DNA of 60,940 nucleotides, the filler included. It is 8 parts of 8 records of this genome, joined end to end, with 100 filler letters (N's around TTAATTAATTAA, not from the genome) between each part and the next. Parts side by side here need not be neighbours in the genome. Positions count along the whole stretch, not along the records: positions 27,630 to 38,784 come from SRR31147125_81982; positions 38,885 to 47,374 come from SRR31147125_82038; 6 more parts are not named here. The stretch is one strand, 5' to 3'. Below the pieces are notes generated by a model. That model ran no database searches. It had not been told where the DNA came from and saw only the letters and a program-made list of their open reading frames with translations. The position numbers and the translations under genes were made by a program. Shown here in pieces: positions 29,614 to 42,200 of the stretch. Every line of letters starts with the position of its first letter. The stretch's first letter is position 1.

Positions 29614-31474
29614 CCGGAACCCGGAAACATCTGAAGGAATTCCTGCAGGACGCGGTTCCCATTCTGGAGAAGCTGAAGCACCGGGTGGATATCTGCCGCG
29701 AGCAGTATCCCGACCGGGAAATCCTGGATGATATTTTCCGGCACCTTCACTCCCTCAAATCCGGAGCCTCCTTTTTTCAGCTGACGGATATCGAGAACCA
29801 TATCCACTCCATGGAATCCCTTTTTGAAGATATGAAAAGTTCTCCGGGAGGAGAGGAGTTCCGGCGGAAGGCCAGGCGCCTCTTTCAGGGGATCCCCCTG
29901 CTGGAGGAACTGCTGGAGGAGGGGTATTCCCCTGCCCAAGCCGGCGAAACCGAACCGGGGGAGACCGATATACCGCGGTCCGAACCTGTCCGGGAAGGGC
30001 ATCCGGTAGAACTCTCGCCTTTTGAGCAGCAGCTTCTCCGAGAGGCCGAACGGAGGGGGAAACCCTGTTCCGTCTTTCTGTTCAGGTGGACCCGGAAGAA
30101 CGCCTTCCCTATGTCAGGGCTTACCTGATCCTCAATAACCTGGAACTGACAACCAATGTCATTCATGCCTGTCCGTCGCCGGATGATCCGGAACAGGACT
30201 TTTTCCACCTTACCTATATTCTGACCTCCGACGGGGGCGATGCTCCGGTGTTCAATGCGGTCAATGTGGACGGGATCCTTCAGACCAGCCTGGTCCGGCT
30301 GGATTATTCCCGTTTCAGCACAGACGGCAGCGGAGCGCAGCCTGTATCGGAAACCATGGTGAAAGAGACTCTGGCTCCGGTAATCCGCAAGGTGGAACTG
30401 GAAACGGACACCATTTCCCGGCTGAAGGATTCCCTGGTGGAGATGAAGGAGATTGTTCTTCCCCTGCCTCCGGGGCTCCCGCAGAGAGCCTCTGCTGGGA
30501 CTTATCAGGGATATGGAACAGAACCTGAACAGCGTCTCCCTGATCCCCCTGTCGTCCCTGTTTCCCAATCTGAAACGGTTTATACGGGAGTCGGGGGAGC
30601 GGATCGGCAAACAGATTACCGGAGAGTGCCGGGGCGGCCAGTTCGGACTGAACGTCCGCACCCTGGAGATCATCTCCCGGATTCTGATCCAGCTGATCCG
30701 CAATGCGGTCAGTCACGGGATCGAGAGCCCCGCCGACCGGATCAGTGCCGGTAAAAATCCCGGCGGAACCATTACCATCGATGCCCGCAGCGACGGCAGC
30801 GCCATCCGTATCCTCTTCGGGGACGACGGCGCCGGGATCGATACGGACGCGGTGGCTCTGAAGGCGGGAAACCGGGAAGAGCTGGCAGAGCCCGGCGGGC
30901 TGCTGCGGATCCTCTCCCGGCCCGGGTTTTCCACAACAGACAGTGTGGACCGGCTGTCCGGCCGGGGAATCGGGCTGGATCTGGTTACCCACGATGTGGA
31001 AAATGCTCTGGGAGGCCGGATGAAACTTGAGACCGCTAAAGGGGCGGGGGCCCGGTTCATTCTGACTCTTCCGGGAGAACGGGACCTGCTCCCCCTTATG
31101 ATTTTCCAGATGGACGGCCGCCTCCTGGCAATACCCAAAAGAAATGTGGCGGGCGTCTTTCCCATGGAGGGCCGCCGGCTGGAACAGAAGGAGCACAATC
31201 TACTCCATTACAGGCACGGTAAGGTCTCGCTTCCCCTTTTCAGCCCCACCGGTATGGTGAGCCGCCGGGACAGCAACCTTTCCACCCCCTATGTGATTGT
31301 CATCCAGCATCAGGGAAAGAAAGCGGTCCTGCCCGTGGATGATCTGGTCATGGAGAAGGAAATCCCCCGGGATCTTTTTTTCTTGGTGACCAGACCGAAC
31401 CCTTCCTGTACAATGTAACTGTCTCGGGAGAGAAAGCGGATTTTCTGTACCTCTCTCCGGGACTGATCGGATAG
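29610..31474 (+). CDS. CheA-like histidine kinase (Hpt, P2-like, HATPase_c, CheW-like), ~620 aa, three homopolymer frameshifts
   Basis: FRHLHSLKSGA (Hpt), RAYLILNNLE, QLIRNAVSHGIE, DDGAGID, PGFST..SGRGIGLDLV; shifts at 30055-30059, 30472-30475, 31375-31381. Confidence 0.75.
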
Positions 31475-31482
31475 GTAATATT

Positions 31483-31818
31483 TTGAAAGAGATTGTCAAC
31501 ACAGTATTAGAAGTAGAGAAAGAAGCGGAGAGCCGGCTGGCGGAAGCCCGCCGACAGGCCGCGGAAATCAAAAAGGAGTGCGACAGGGAACTGGCTGAAC
31601 GTACCCGCATCGTCAAAGACGCCTGCGCCGCCGAGTATCATCGGAACGTCAGGGAGATCCGCCGGGAACTGGAACAGGCGGCCCATGACAGACTGGAAGA
31701 GGAAAAACAGCAGTACGGGGTCCGTCAGAACCTGTCTGAAGAACCTTTCCTGTCTATCGTGAACGATGTGGTCGATATCATAGCCGGAACCCCGGTTCCC
31801 CGGGAGAATGATACGTAA
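31483..31818 (+). CDS. V/A-type ATPase peripheral stalk subunit G/H
   Basis: Charged helical protein (EVEKEAE..LAEAR..A..I) heading the ATPase operon; TTG start. Confidence 0.65.
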   Translation: MKEIVNTVLEVEKEAESRLAEARRQAAEIKKECDRELAERTRIVKDACAAEYHRNVREIRRELEQAAHDRLEEEKQQYGVRQNLSEEPFLSIVNDVVDIIAGTPVPRENDT

Positions 31819-32821
31819 GTACGCTTTCATCAACGCAAAAGTCAAGGCACGCCGGAGCAAACGCCTCTCCGAAGAGTTTTTCCGGACCGCCGCCCGAACC
31901 CGCAGCCTTCCCGAAGCCATACAGCTGTTCCGGGACACCCCCTATCCCTCCCTGACGAATATTTACAATGAGACCGGAGATATCCGGCTGGTGGAAAAGG
32001 ATCTCCTCTCCCGGGAGATTGCTCTGTATACCGATCTTATCCGTTTCCTTCCCCCGATGTCCGCCGTTTTTCCGAATCCCTGTTCCTCCGGTACGAAATT
32101 GATTCCCTGAAATTCGCCCTCCGGCTTTGGTATGCCCAGTGTGTCCGGGGAAAAAATATCACCCGGATGTTCGGCTACTTTCTGCCGGTTTTCATCCGTC
32201 ACACACCCGACTACAAGTCTCTGATCAATGCCCCCGATGAAGAGCGGGTGCTGGAAATCCTCCGGAACACCCCCTACGGGGATCTCATCCGGGAGGGGCT
32301 CACCCGCTGCCGGGCGGACAAAACGCTCTATCCCGTTGAATGGGCGCTGGACCGCTACTACTTCAGGCAGCTGGTGGAAGCCCTCTCCGTTCTGACCCGC
32401 CGGGACCGGTCCCCGGCGGCCGGGATCGTCGCCCGGCTGACGGACCGCCAGAATCTTCTGACCCTTCTGCTGTTCCGGCGCTCTTCCGCCTTTCCGGAAC
32501 CCGCAGCGGGAGACAGCTTTCTGGAGGGAGGAGAGACCATCACACGCTCCTTCTTTGAGGAGAGCCTGCAGATGGATGACACGGTGTTCCGGGAGGCTCT
32601 GCACCGCCTGTTTCCCCATTTCTCCTTCGGGGTTCTCAACAAGGCCCTGCCGCAGCTTTTTTCGGAGATGGAGGAAAATCTCCGGGAAATTTCCGGAAAC
32701 TGGCGGGGGAGACCCCTTTTCCATAGGAATCATCCTCTCCTGGTACCTCTCCGGGCAGGATGAATTCCGCAAAATTACCCGGCTGCTGAATGAAAAGTTC
32801 TATGAATCCAGGGAGGTCTAG
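31808..32821 (+). CDS. ntpC: V/A-type ATPase subunit C (frameshifts at 32051-32055 and 32705-32709)
   Basis: YAFINAKVKA, TPY repeats, LDRYYF, DPFSIGIIL; three frames join into one gene. Confidence 0.8.
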
Positions 32822-34825
32822 ATGTTTTTCCCGGTTAAAATGAAGAAACTGTCGGTGATCACCGCGGCGGAGTATGCCGACGGGGTGACCCGGGTGCTGC
32901 TCAATGCCGGAACGGTGGATCTGAACGAACCGAAGGATTATTACCGGTGGCAGGGCGTCAGCCGGCGGGACGTGGAGATTCCCCAGGACCGGGTACGGGA
33001 AATCCGCAGCCGGATCGAAGGGTTTCTGGCCATGGCCGATGAGACACCCTCCGGCGGGGGGGAACTCACCGCCGAGGCGATGGAGCCGGTGGAACCGGAG
33101 AAGTGCGACCGGCTGCTGGATAAACTCGCGGCGGGTCTGCAGCAGGTCCGGGATCAGCAGAAGAATCTCCAGCAGGAACTCTTTCAGATGGAGGAGCTGC
33201 GGGAGCAGCTGGAACAGATGCCCGCCATAGCCCGGGGACTGGTTCCCGGAGACAGCGTCTATATCAGGATTCATACGGGAAGCCTGAAGACGATCCATCA
33301 GGCCGCCTTTTTCAAGGCTCTGGAGGGACTGACGACCCTGAGCAAATGGGAGGCTCAGGACGACCGGAGGATCTTTGTGGTCCTGGTGGCCCTGAAACGG
33401 GAGGAGAAAGCCCTGGACTCCCTGATGGAGCGCTTTCAGTGGGAATCCCATTCCCTCCCGCCGGAAGCCGCCGCCTCTCCCGAATCCCTCCTGGCGGAAC
33501 TGGAGGAGAAGATCCGGACCATCCGTGACAAACAGAAGAAGATGGCCGATCAGGGAAAGGAACTCATACGCAGCCGGAAGGAGGAACTGACCGCCCTCTG
33601 GCGGAATGTCCGGGTGAACGAGCTGTTCGACCGGGTGCAGCTGGAGTTCGGAGAGACCGGCCGGACCATCCTGTTTTCCGGCTGGGTTCCCGCCCGTTCG
33701 GCCGACCGGGTGGAGGGCGCCCTGAGAGAGGCCGCCTCGGACAACATCTTCCTCCAGTGGCATGAGGTCAGGGACCTGGACTCCATCAGCCGGGCGGATG
33801 TTCCGGTGGAACTGGACAACCCGAAGCTGCTGAAACCCTTTCAGCTGGTGGTGGAGAACTACTCCCTGCCGCGGTACGGGACGGTGGATCCCACCCCCTT
33901 TACGGCTGTTTCGTTCTTTATGATGTTCGGACTGATGTTCGGCGATGCCGGGCAGGGGCTGGTCATCCTGACCCTGGGACTCCTCGGTTCCCGGTATTTC
34001 AGGAAAGAGCCCCGGAAACAGCGGCTTCTGCAGCTGATCGCCTGGTGCGGGGTGTCGGCCGTTCTGTTCGGTACCCTCTTCGGTTCCTGGTTCGGCTATC
34101 CTCTCCTGCCGCCCCTCTGGTTCGATTATCACGGGGTGGTGGCCGGGCACGGCTCTACGGAAAACCTGATCTCCAGTGTCTATGACATTCTGGGAATCAC
34201 CATCCGGTTCGGGATCTGCGTCATCTACATCGGCCTGATCCTCAACTGGGTCAATCTGGTCCGGAAACGGGACTGGCTCTCTCTGATCCTGGACCGGACC
34301 GGTCTTCTGGGGGGATGGATCTACGGTGCCGGGATCTACACAGCCTGGACCTTCGTCGCCTCGGGCTATCAGGAGATGCCCCCTGCGGAACTGCTGGGGG
34401 GAATCCTGGGATTGCCCGTGCTGCTGCTGGGGGTCAAAGAGCCTCTGGAAGTCATCCTGGAGAGGAAACAGTTCCGGCCCGGTATGATCCTGGAATGGTT
34501 TATGGAATGGATTGTACAGCTCCTTGAAACATTCTCCGGCTACCTCTCCAATACCCTCTCATTTATGAGGGTGGCCGGTCTGGGGATCGCCCATGTCAGT
34601 CTGATGACCGCCTTTGCGGAGATGGCGGGACTGACGGATTCTGTAATTTTTCGTTTTCTGATTTTGTTTGCAGGGAATATACTGGTTATTGCACTGGAAG
34701 GACTGTCCGCCGGGATTCAGTCTCTCCGGTTGAACTATTATGAATTTTTCTCAAAATACTTCAGCGGTTCAGGACGGGCCTTTGCGCCCGTATCCCTGGG
34801 CCGGAGGAACCTACAGGAGGAGTGA
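32822..34825 (+). CDS. ntpI: V/A-type ATPase subunit I
   Basis: GWVP, P.YG.VDPT, FGLMFGDAGQG, SNTLSFMRV, IQSLRLNYYEFFSKY. Confidence 0.95.
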   Translation: MFFPVKMKKLSVITAAEYADGVTRVLLNAGTVDLNEPKDYYRWQGVSRRDVEIPQDRVREIRSRIEGFLAMADETPSGGGELTAEAMEPVEPEKCDRLLDKLAAGLQQVRDQQKNLQQELFQMEELREQLEQMPAIARGLVPGDSVYIRIHTGSLKTIHQAAFFKALEGLTTLSKWEAQDDRRIFVVLVALKREEKALDSLMERFQWESHSLPPEAAASPESLLAELEEKIRTIRDKQKKMADQGKELIRSRKEELTALWRNVRVNELFDRVQLEFGETGRTILFSGWVPARSADRVEGALREAASDNIFLQWHEVRDLDSISRADVPVELDNPKLLKPFQLVVENYSLPRYGTVDPTPFTAVSFFMMFGLMFGDAGQGLVILTLGLLGSRYFRKEPRKQRLLQLIAWCGVSAVLFGTLFGSWFGYPLLPPLWFDYHGVVAGHGSTENLISSVYDILGITIRFGICVIYIGLILNWVNLVRKRDWLSLILDRTGLLGGWIYGAGIYTAWTFVASGYQEMPPAELLGGILGLPVLLLGVKEPLEVILERKQFRPGMILEWFMEWIVQLLETFSGYLSNTLSFMRVAGLGIAHVSLMTAFAEMAGLTDSVIFRFLILFAGNILVIALEGLSAGIQSLRLNYYEFFSKYFSGSGRAFAPVSLGRRNLQEE

Positions 34826-34826
34826 T

Positions 34827-35192
34827 ATGAATCAGCAGCAGGTACGGTTCAGAACCAGAGTGGGAGGCAGCCTTGTCGGCGTGGCTCTCTTTATGATCCT
34901 TTTTTCACTGTTTGCCATTGTTCCCGCCGCGGCGGAGGAGCATCAGGGCGTGGAAGTGATGACCCAGGAGATGGCCAAGGTCCGTCAGTGGGGATTCATC
35001 GCGGCGGCGGCCGCCTTCGGTTTCGGCGCTCTGGGAGCGGGATTTGCCATCTCATCGGTCGGTGCGGCAGCCATGGGCGCCATGAGCGAGAAGCCGGAAA
35101 TCGGAGGACAGGCCCTGATCTTCATCGCACTGGCGGAAGGGCTGGTGGTGTTCGGGTTTATCACGGCCCTGATGATACTGGGGAAATTCTGA
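34827..35192 (+). CDS. ntpK: V/A-type ATPase proteolipid subunit K/c (single hairpin with N-terminal leader)
   Basis: GAAAMGAMSEKPE, ALAEGL; RBS AGGAGG. Confidence 0.9.
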   Translation: MNQQQVRFRTRVGGSLVGVALFMILFSLFAIVPAAAEEHQGVEVMTQEMAKVRQWGFIAAAAAFGFGALGAGFAISSVGAAAMGAMSEKPEIGGQALIFIALAEGLVVFGFITALMILGKF

Positions 35193-35198
35193 CCCTCT

Positions 35199-35504
35199 AT
35201 GGATTATTTTCTGATCGGCGATGAGGATGCCCTCCTGGGATTCGGCATGGTGGGTGTGGACGGTGTCATGGCCCGGAACGCCGAAGAGACCCGGCACGCC
35301 CTGCGGCAGGCCCTGGAAAACCCGGATATCGGGATCATCCTGATCAACGAGAATCTGGCCTCTCTGATACGGGAGGAAGTGGACCGGTATGTATTTACCC
35401 GTGAATTCCCCCTTATCCTGGAGATCCCGGACCGTCTGGGAAAACGGGAAGGACAGAAGAGCCTGAGAGATACGGTCAATGAAGCCATTGGAATCAAACT
35501 GTGA
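35199..35504 (+). CDS. ntpF: V/A-type ATPase subunit F
   Basis: IGDED..LGF..VGV, GIILI, PLILEIP. Confidence 0.92.
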   Translation: MDYFLIGDEDALLGFGMVGVDGVMARNAEETRHALRQALENPDIGIILINENLASLIREEVDRYVFTREFPLILEIPDRLGKREGQKSLRDTVNEAIGIKL

Positions 35505-35514
35505 GGATGAGAAT

Positions 35515-36177
35515 ATGACGACCGAAGATTCGGCAGACCTTCTGATCAGCAAAATCCGTCAGGATACGGAGAACGAAGCGGCCGCTCTGATCCACCGCGC
35601 CGAGACCATCCGGGAGGATCGGCAGAAAGCCCAGGAGGGCTGGGAAAAGCGGGAAAAGCGGGACTGGGAGCGGCGGACAAAGGAGTACCGGAAGGAACAG
35701 GAGGAGCGGGACAGGTCCTCTTTCCGGATGGAACGGAAGCGTCTGTTCCTGCAGGCCCGGGAAGAGGTAATGAAACGGATCGAGGAAGAGGCCATGCGCC
35801 GTCTGGAGCAGAGCACAGCCTCACCCTGGTACCGGGAGGTCCTGAAACGCTGGATCACCGAAGGGATTCTGGGACTCCGGGAAAAGGATATCATTCTGAA
35901 AGGCGCCGCCGGGGATCTGGCCCTGATGGACAGCCGGCTTCTGGATGAAGTGACCCGGGAGCTGCGGGAAAACGCGGGACTGACGGTCCGTCTGACCGTG
36001 GACCGGGAGAATCCGGAGCTGGTTCCGGGGGTTCTGCTTTCCACGGCCGACGGCCGGGTTTCCTTCAATAATCAGCTGCCCGCCCGGTTCAGCCGTCTGA
36101 AGGCCCGTGTCAGGCGTGTGGTGAGTGCGGGATTAAAAGATGAATATCTCACAGGGGGAGCGGACAACCATGAGTGA
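35515..36177 (+). CDS. ntpE: V/A-type ATPase subunit E
   Basis: Long N-terminal helix; GV...DGRV.FNN...R C-terminus; operon position. Confidence 0.8.
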   Translation: MTTEDSADLLISKIRQDTENEAAALIHRAETIREDRQKAQEGWEKREKRDWERRTKEYRKEQEERDRSSFRMERKRLFLQAREEVMKRIEEEAMRRLEQSTASPWYREVLKRWITEGILGLREKDIILKGAAGDLALMDSRLLDEVTRELRENAGLTVRLTVDRENPELVPGVLLSTADGRVSFNNQLPARFSRLKARVRRVVSAGLKDEYLTGGADNHE

Positions 36178-37941
36178 AAGGATTATCGGCCGGGTCAAAA
36201 GGGTGAACGGACCGGTTATCACCGCTGCGGGAATCACCGACGCCCGGATGATGGAACTGGTCCGGGTGGGAGAGTTCCGTCTGGTCGGCGAAGTGATCAA
36301 GCTTCAGGGGGACCAGGCGGTCATACAGGTCTATGAGGACACCACCGGTCTCCGGCCGGATGACAATATCTACGGGGCCGGAATGCCCCTGTCGGTGGAA
36401 CTGGGTCCGGGACTGATCGGAACCATCTACGACGGGATCCAGCGTCCCCTGAAGGAGCTGTTTGATCTGTCGGGGAACTTCCTGGAACGGGGAATGGAAG
36501 TGGCCGCCGTGAGCCGTGAGAAAAAATGGCTCTTCCGTCCCCTGGCCGGTTCGGGGGACGAGGTTTCCGCCGGCATGATCCTGGGAACCGTACAGGAAAC
36601 CGAAAGGGTTCTGCACAAAATTCCCGTGCCCCCCGGGAAGGAGGGCGTTCTGGTGGAGGTCATGCCCGAAGGGGAGTACCGGGTCGATGAACCGGTGGCC
36701 CGTCTGGAGGCGCCCGACGGAAGCCGGGAGGATCTGACCCTGATGCAGCGCTGGCCCATCCGGGTGCCCCGGCCGGTCCGGCAGAGGGAACCTCTGACCC
36801 TCCCGCTGGTGACGGGGCAGCGGGTGATCGACACCCTGTTCCCCCTGGCCAAGGGCGGGACCGTGGCCATCCCCGGCGGATTCGGCACCGGCAAGACCAT
36901 GACCCAGCACGCCATTGCCAAATGGTGTGATGCGGATATCATCGTCTATATCGGCTGCGGCGAACGGGGAAACGAGATGACCGACGTGCTCACCGAGTTC
37001 CCCGAACTGATCGATCCCCGCACGGGGACCTCTCTGATGGAGCGGACCATTCTGATTGCCAACACATCCAATATGCCCGTTTCCGCCCGGGAGGCGAGTA
37101 TCTATACGGGGATAACCCTGGCCGAGTACTACCGGGACCAGGGCTACCATGTGGCCATCATGGCCGATTCCACCTCCCGGTGGGCCGAAGCGCTCCGGGA
37201 ACTCTCGGGACGGATGGAGGAGATGCCCGCCGAGGAGGGGATTCCCGGCCTATCTGCCCACCAGGATCGCCGAGTTCTACGAGCGGGCGGGGTATATGGA
37301 AACCCTGTCGGGAGAGAAGGGGTCGGTTTCGGTCATCGGGGCGGTTTCTCCCCGGGAGGGGATTTTCCGAACCCGTCACCCAGCACACCCGGCGTTTTGT
37401 CCGCTGTTTCTGGGGCCTGGACCGGCAGCTGGCCAATGCCCGGCACTATCCGGCCATCTCCTGGCTGGACAGCTACAGCGAATACCTGACCGAAGTGACC
37501 CCCTGGTGGGAGGAGCACAGCGGAGAGGGGTGGGCCGAGAGCCGCCGCACCATAATGGAACTCCTCCAGAAGGAAGTCCGGCTCCAGCAGGTGGTCAAAC
37601 TGGTGGGGGCCGATGCCCTTCCGGACAGCCAGAGGTTCATCATCGAGGTGTGCCGGCTCTTCAAGAACGGGTTCCTGCAGCAGAACGCCTTCGACGATAT
37701 TGACCGTTACTCGTCGGTGGAAAAACAGCGGCGGATGCTGGAGATCATTCTGCTCTACTGGAGGCGGGGCGCCGAAGCGATCAAAAACGGTGTGACCCTG
37801 GTGAAGCTCCGGCATATGAAGATTCTGCAGGACATCGTGAAAATGAAGCTGTCCATTGATAATGACGATATCCGGGGATTCGACCGGCTGGAAGCCAAAC
37901 TGGAACGCTCCCTGGATCAGCTGGAGGCTCTGTATGGTTGA
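36170..37941 (+). CDS. ntpA: V/A-type ATPase catalytic subunit A (indels at 37237-37240, 37350-37353, 37363-37366)
   Basis: [42 protein letters not shown] and SPPGGDFSEPVTQ restored by single-base homopolymer repairs. Confidence 0.93.
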
Positions 37942-38784
37942 AATGTTCAATCTGGAAAAAGAACTCCTGGCGGGAAAGGAGTACAGGGGACTGAACCGGA
38001 TTGACGGTCCCCTGGCATTTATCCGGAAAACCCATCCGGTGGGTTACCGGGAACTGGTGGAACTGACGGACTATCAGGGACGGCAGCGCCTGGGGATGGT
38101 GCTCGATACCTCCGACGAGGTTGTGGTGGTCCAGGTCTTCGAGGGGACCACCGGCCTGACCATGCCGGATACCCGGGTCCGCTTCAAAGGGGAACCCCTG
38201 ACCCTGCCGGTCTCGGACCGGATGCTGGGCCGGGTCTTCAACGGGCTGGGAAAACCCATGGACGGCGGTCCCGAACCGGTGGGGGAGAAAGCCCTGGATG
38301 TGAACGGCATGCCCGTCAATCCCACGGCCCGGCAGTACCCCCGGGACTTCATTCAGACCGGCATCTCCGTGATTGACGGAATGAACACCCTGATCCGGGG
38401 GCAGAAGCTCCCCATCTTTTCCGGGAACGGCCTTCCGCACAACGAACTGGCTGCCCAGATCACCCGGCAGGCGAAGATCCGGGGCGGGGAGAGCAACTTC
38501 GCCGTGGTGTTCGCCGCCATGGGAGTCAAGAACGATGTGGCCCGGTACTTCACCGACTCCTTCGAGCGGTCCGGCGTGCTGGACAAGGTCGCCCTCTTTC
38601 TCTCTCTGGCGGACGATCCCTCCATCGAGCGGATCATCACCCCCCGGACCGCCCTGACCCTGGCGGAACACCTGGCCTACGACTGCGGGATGCATGTGCT
38701 TGTGATCATGACCGATATGTCCAACTACTGCGAATCCCTCAGGGAGATCTCCACCCTCCGGGGGGAGATCCCCTCCCGTAAGGG
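37934..38784 (+). CDS. ntpB: V/A-type ATPase subunit B, 3'-truncated
   Basis: [46 protein letters not shown]. Confidence 0.95.
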
Positions 38785-38884
38785 NNNNNNNNNNNNNNNN
38801 NNNNNNNNNNNNNNNNNNNNNNNNNNNNTTAATTAATTAANNNNNNNNNNNNNNNNNNNNNNNNNNNNNNNNNNNNNNNNNNNN
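38785..38884. other. Artificial contig spacer
   Basis: N run + TTAATTAATTAA + N run. Confidence 0.98.
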
Positions 38885-38910
38885 CTATTATTTAAAATCG
38901 AACTCGGGTT
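38885..38910. mobile_element. Possible IS982-family terminal inverted repeat at the contig edge
   Basis: ...AATCGAACTCGGGTT, reverse complement AACCCGAGTTCGA; IS982 ends begin with ACCC. Recalled similarity only; no transposase visible. Confidence 0.3.
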
Positions 38911-39280
38911 AGTAGAAGGGTCAATCAATTCAATCTGCACTGTAGGTAAGATAGATGAGTTTTTTTTTGTAGATATGTAATGTATTTGTTATTAACTTGT
39001 TAGCTTCGTGTTGTGCAAGAAAAACCCCCGCCGTACGCAAGATTCTCCAATTTGTATATTGCAATATTTTTAACCCTGTTTATCCGGTTTTCCCAACCCC
39101 GAAGCTAAGTTTTATTCCTGAATTTTGTAAGTGTAAAACTGAATCAGGAACAAAACGAACTTATGAAGAAAACTTTCTTTCAACGCGTTTTTACATTCCG
39201 CACCGTAAACATCATTTTGTACATACTAATGATTGCACTAATCATTATACTGTTTATATACATTTAATCAAAACTAAATT

Positions 39281-42200
39281 ATGAAGAAGAAAAATCTAAT
39301 TCTGTTTCGTAAGCTGACGCTTCTTGCTGTTGCCATATTTATGGTATCGGTAACATGGGCTCAGCAAACTATTAGTGGAAAGGTTGTTGATTCTGACGGA
39401 CAACCTTTACCAGGTGTTGCTGTGGTTTTAAAAGGAACAACTACAGGAACTGCAACAAATCTCGATGGAGATTACACTTTAAGTGTTCCGGCCGATGGAG
39501 AACTAATATTCTCGTTTGTGGGAATGTTACCTGTTACCGAACTGGTAAACGGGCGTTCAGCAATTAATGTAACTATGCACCCCGATGCCATTGGTTTGGA
39601 AGAAGTAGTTGCAATTGGTTACGGTACCATGAAAAAGTCGGACTTAACAGGTTCTGTAATGTCGGTTGGCTCCGAAAAATTTGAAGCCCAGCCAATTACT
39701 AAAATGGACCAGGCTTTACAAGGACGTGCTGCGGGTGTACAAGTTACGCAAAACAGTGGAGCACCGGGCTCAACCATGAAAATTCGTATTCGTGGAGCCA
39801 ACTCAATTTCGGGTAATAACAGCCCGCTGTATGTAGTCGATGGTATGGTGGTTAGCGATATCGGTTCGATTAACATTAACGATGTTGCTTCTATGGAGGT
39901 ATTAAAAGATGCATCGGCAACCGCTATTTACGGTTCGCGTGGAGCAAATGGTGTTGTGCTTATTACTTCGAAAACGGGTAAAAAAGGACAATCGAAAATA
40001 ACGTTCGAAACCTTCCACGGCGTTTCTAATATTTTCCAGAAATTGCCAATGATGACTCCGGTTGAATTTGCTGAAGGTGTAAACTTTGCAGAAGGAATGG
40101 AAATTTATTCGCAAGCTGAACTCGACGCATTAAGAAGTGGTGGCGGTGTTGACTGGCAAGATGAATTGTTCCAATCAGCTCCATCGCATAACTATTTGTT
40201 ATCGTTTAGCGGAGGTTCGGAAAAAGTAGACTATTTTATTTCGGGAAGTTTATACGATGCTGAAGGTACAATTTTCAACCAGAATTATAAGCGTTACACG
40301 GTAAGAGCAAATATTAATGCTCAGGTAACCGATAAACTGAAAATTGGTGTCAACATTTCGGGAGCACGCGAAGAAGACGATGGCGTACGTGCCAACCTTT
40401 CCGACGGTTTAAGTTACGATCCAACTACTCCTATTTACGACGAAAATGGTGACTATATTTTCACCTCGGAGAAAAACGTTGGTAATGCGGCTACAAACCC
40501 AATTATTAATCCTACCGAAAAGATTAGAGAAAACTTCCAGAATAGGTTAAATGCAACCGGTTACCTCGATTTTAAATTAATGAACAATCTTGTTTTAAAT
40601 GTATCGGGAGGTTTAAACTATTACAATAAAGACAACAACAGTTATACACCAATATCTATAAACGGTAGGGGGAATGCTTCTGTTGACGTAGCTAACTCGT
40701 ACACTTTGCAAAATACAAACCGTTTAACATATACTTTGAATAACGGCGGCGATCATCATCTTCAAATTGATGCAATTCACGAGCAACAGTATTATCAAAC
40801 TAAGTTTACAAATACCGATGCCGAACAGTTTTTTTCTGATGCTACAACTTACAAAGATATGGCACTCGGACTACTTCAGGTTATTGAAAATGGCGAAAAA
40901 TCATCAAGCTTACAATCGTTTCTGGGTAGGGTAAATTATACCTTTGCTGGTAAGTATTTATTAACTGCCTCGTTAAGGGCCGATGGTTCCAGTAAATTCC
41001 ATAAGGAAATCAGTGGGGCTACTTCCCATCAGGTTCTTTTGCATGGAGAGCTTCGGAAGAAGGTTTTGTGCAAGATGTTGAGACCATTAGTAACCTAAAA
41101 GTTAGAGCAAGTTACGGTATTACCGGTAGCCAGGCTATCGATATTTTTGCAACTCGTTCGCGTTCTTTAACCGGAACAAGCTATAATTATCCATACTCCG
41201 GCGATGTTGCGGCTATTGGTGCAGCTCCATCAAATCGAATGGCTAATCCGGATTTAACCTGGGAGCAAACAGCGCAGGCAAACATTGGTTTCGACCTTGG
41301 TTTGTGGGATAATAAAGTAAGCTTTGCTTTCGATGCTTATCATAAAAAAACAACCGACCTGTTGTTAGATGTAACTTTACCCGAGTTTGTTGGCCCAACC
41401 GTAATGGCTCAAAATATTGGTGAAATGAAAAATAGCGGTTTCGAATTTGTTTTAGGATGGAATCCGCAAATGAAAGGCGATTGGTCGGTATCTAATACCG
41501 TTACATTTAACAGAAACCGAAACGAAGTTACTGCACTGGTAAACGACGAACCTATTGAAATGGGTGACGACTACATGACTAATACATTTGCAGCTAATCC
41601 TACTCGTGTTGAAGTTGGTTTACCTTTAGGTAGTTTCCGCGGATATATTTTTGAAGGCGTTTGGCAAACCGATGAGGCTGCAGAAGCCGATACCTGGGGC
41701 GCAAAACCAGGCGATGCAAAATACCGCGATGTTAGCGGACCTGACGGAACTCCTGATGGAAAAATTTCCGGCTAAGGACATTACTACTGTTGGCGACGGA
41801 AATCCTGACTTTACATTTGGTTTGAATGGTAATGTAAGCTGGAAAAATCTTAGTCTGGACTACTTATTTACCGGTTCAATTGGTAACGATATTTATAACT
41901 TCCAACGCGGACGTATGATGTCGCTTGGCGGATCGACTTTCCACGCAACACATGCCGATTATAAAGACCGCTGGACAGAAACCAATCCGAGCAATGAAAT
42001 ACCTTCGGGGCGCGATGGTACCGAATTGCTTTCAAGTGCATTTGTTGAAGATGGTTCGTATGTAACGTTAAAGAATGTAAGTCTTGCTTACACGTTCGAT
42101 AACGTACTTAACTCTGTTGGTCTCGACGCTCTTAAAGTATATGGAAGTATTGAAAATGCATTTATAATGACTGGTTATTCAGGTTTCGACCCTGAATCTA

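Noticed and set aside
29610-37941. Pseudogenisation or phase variation of the cheA-like, ntpC and ntpA genes
   Set aside because: The runs are short (4-7 nt), motifs are otherwise intact and there are no nonsense codons; sequencing error is simpler.
27574-38695. Long antisense ORFs (e.g. 27574-29046, 32636-34150, 36149-37150), and similar ones at 17133-18023 and 20554-21390
   Set aside because: Shadow frames of well-supported sense genes in GC-biased DNA, with no recognisable motifs.
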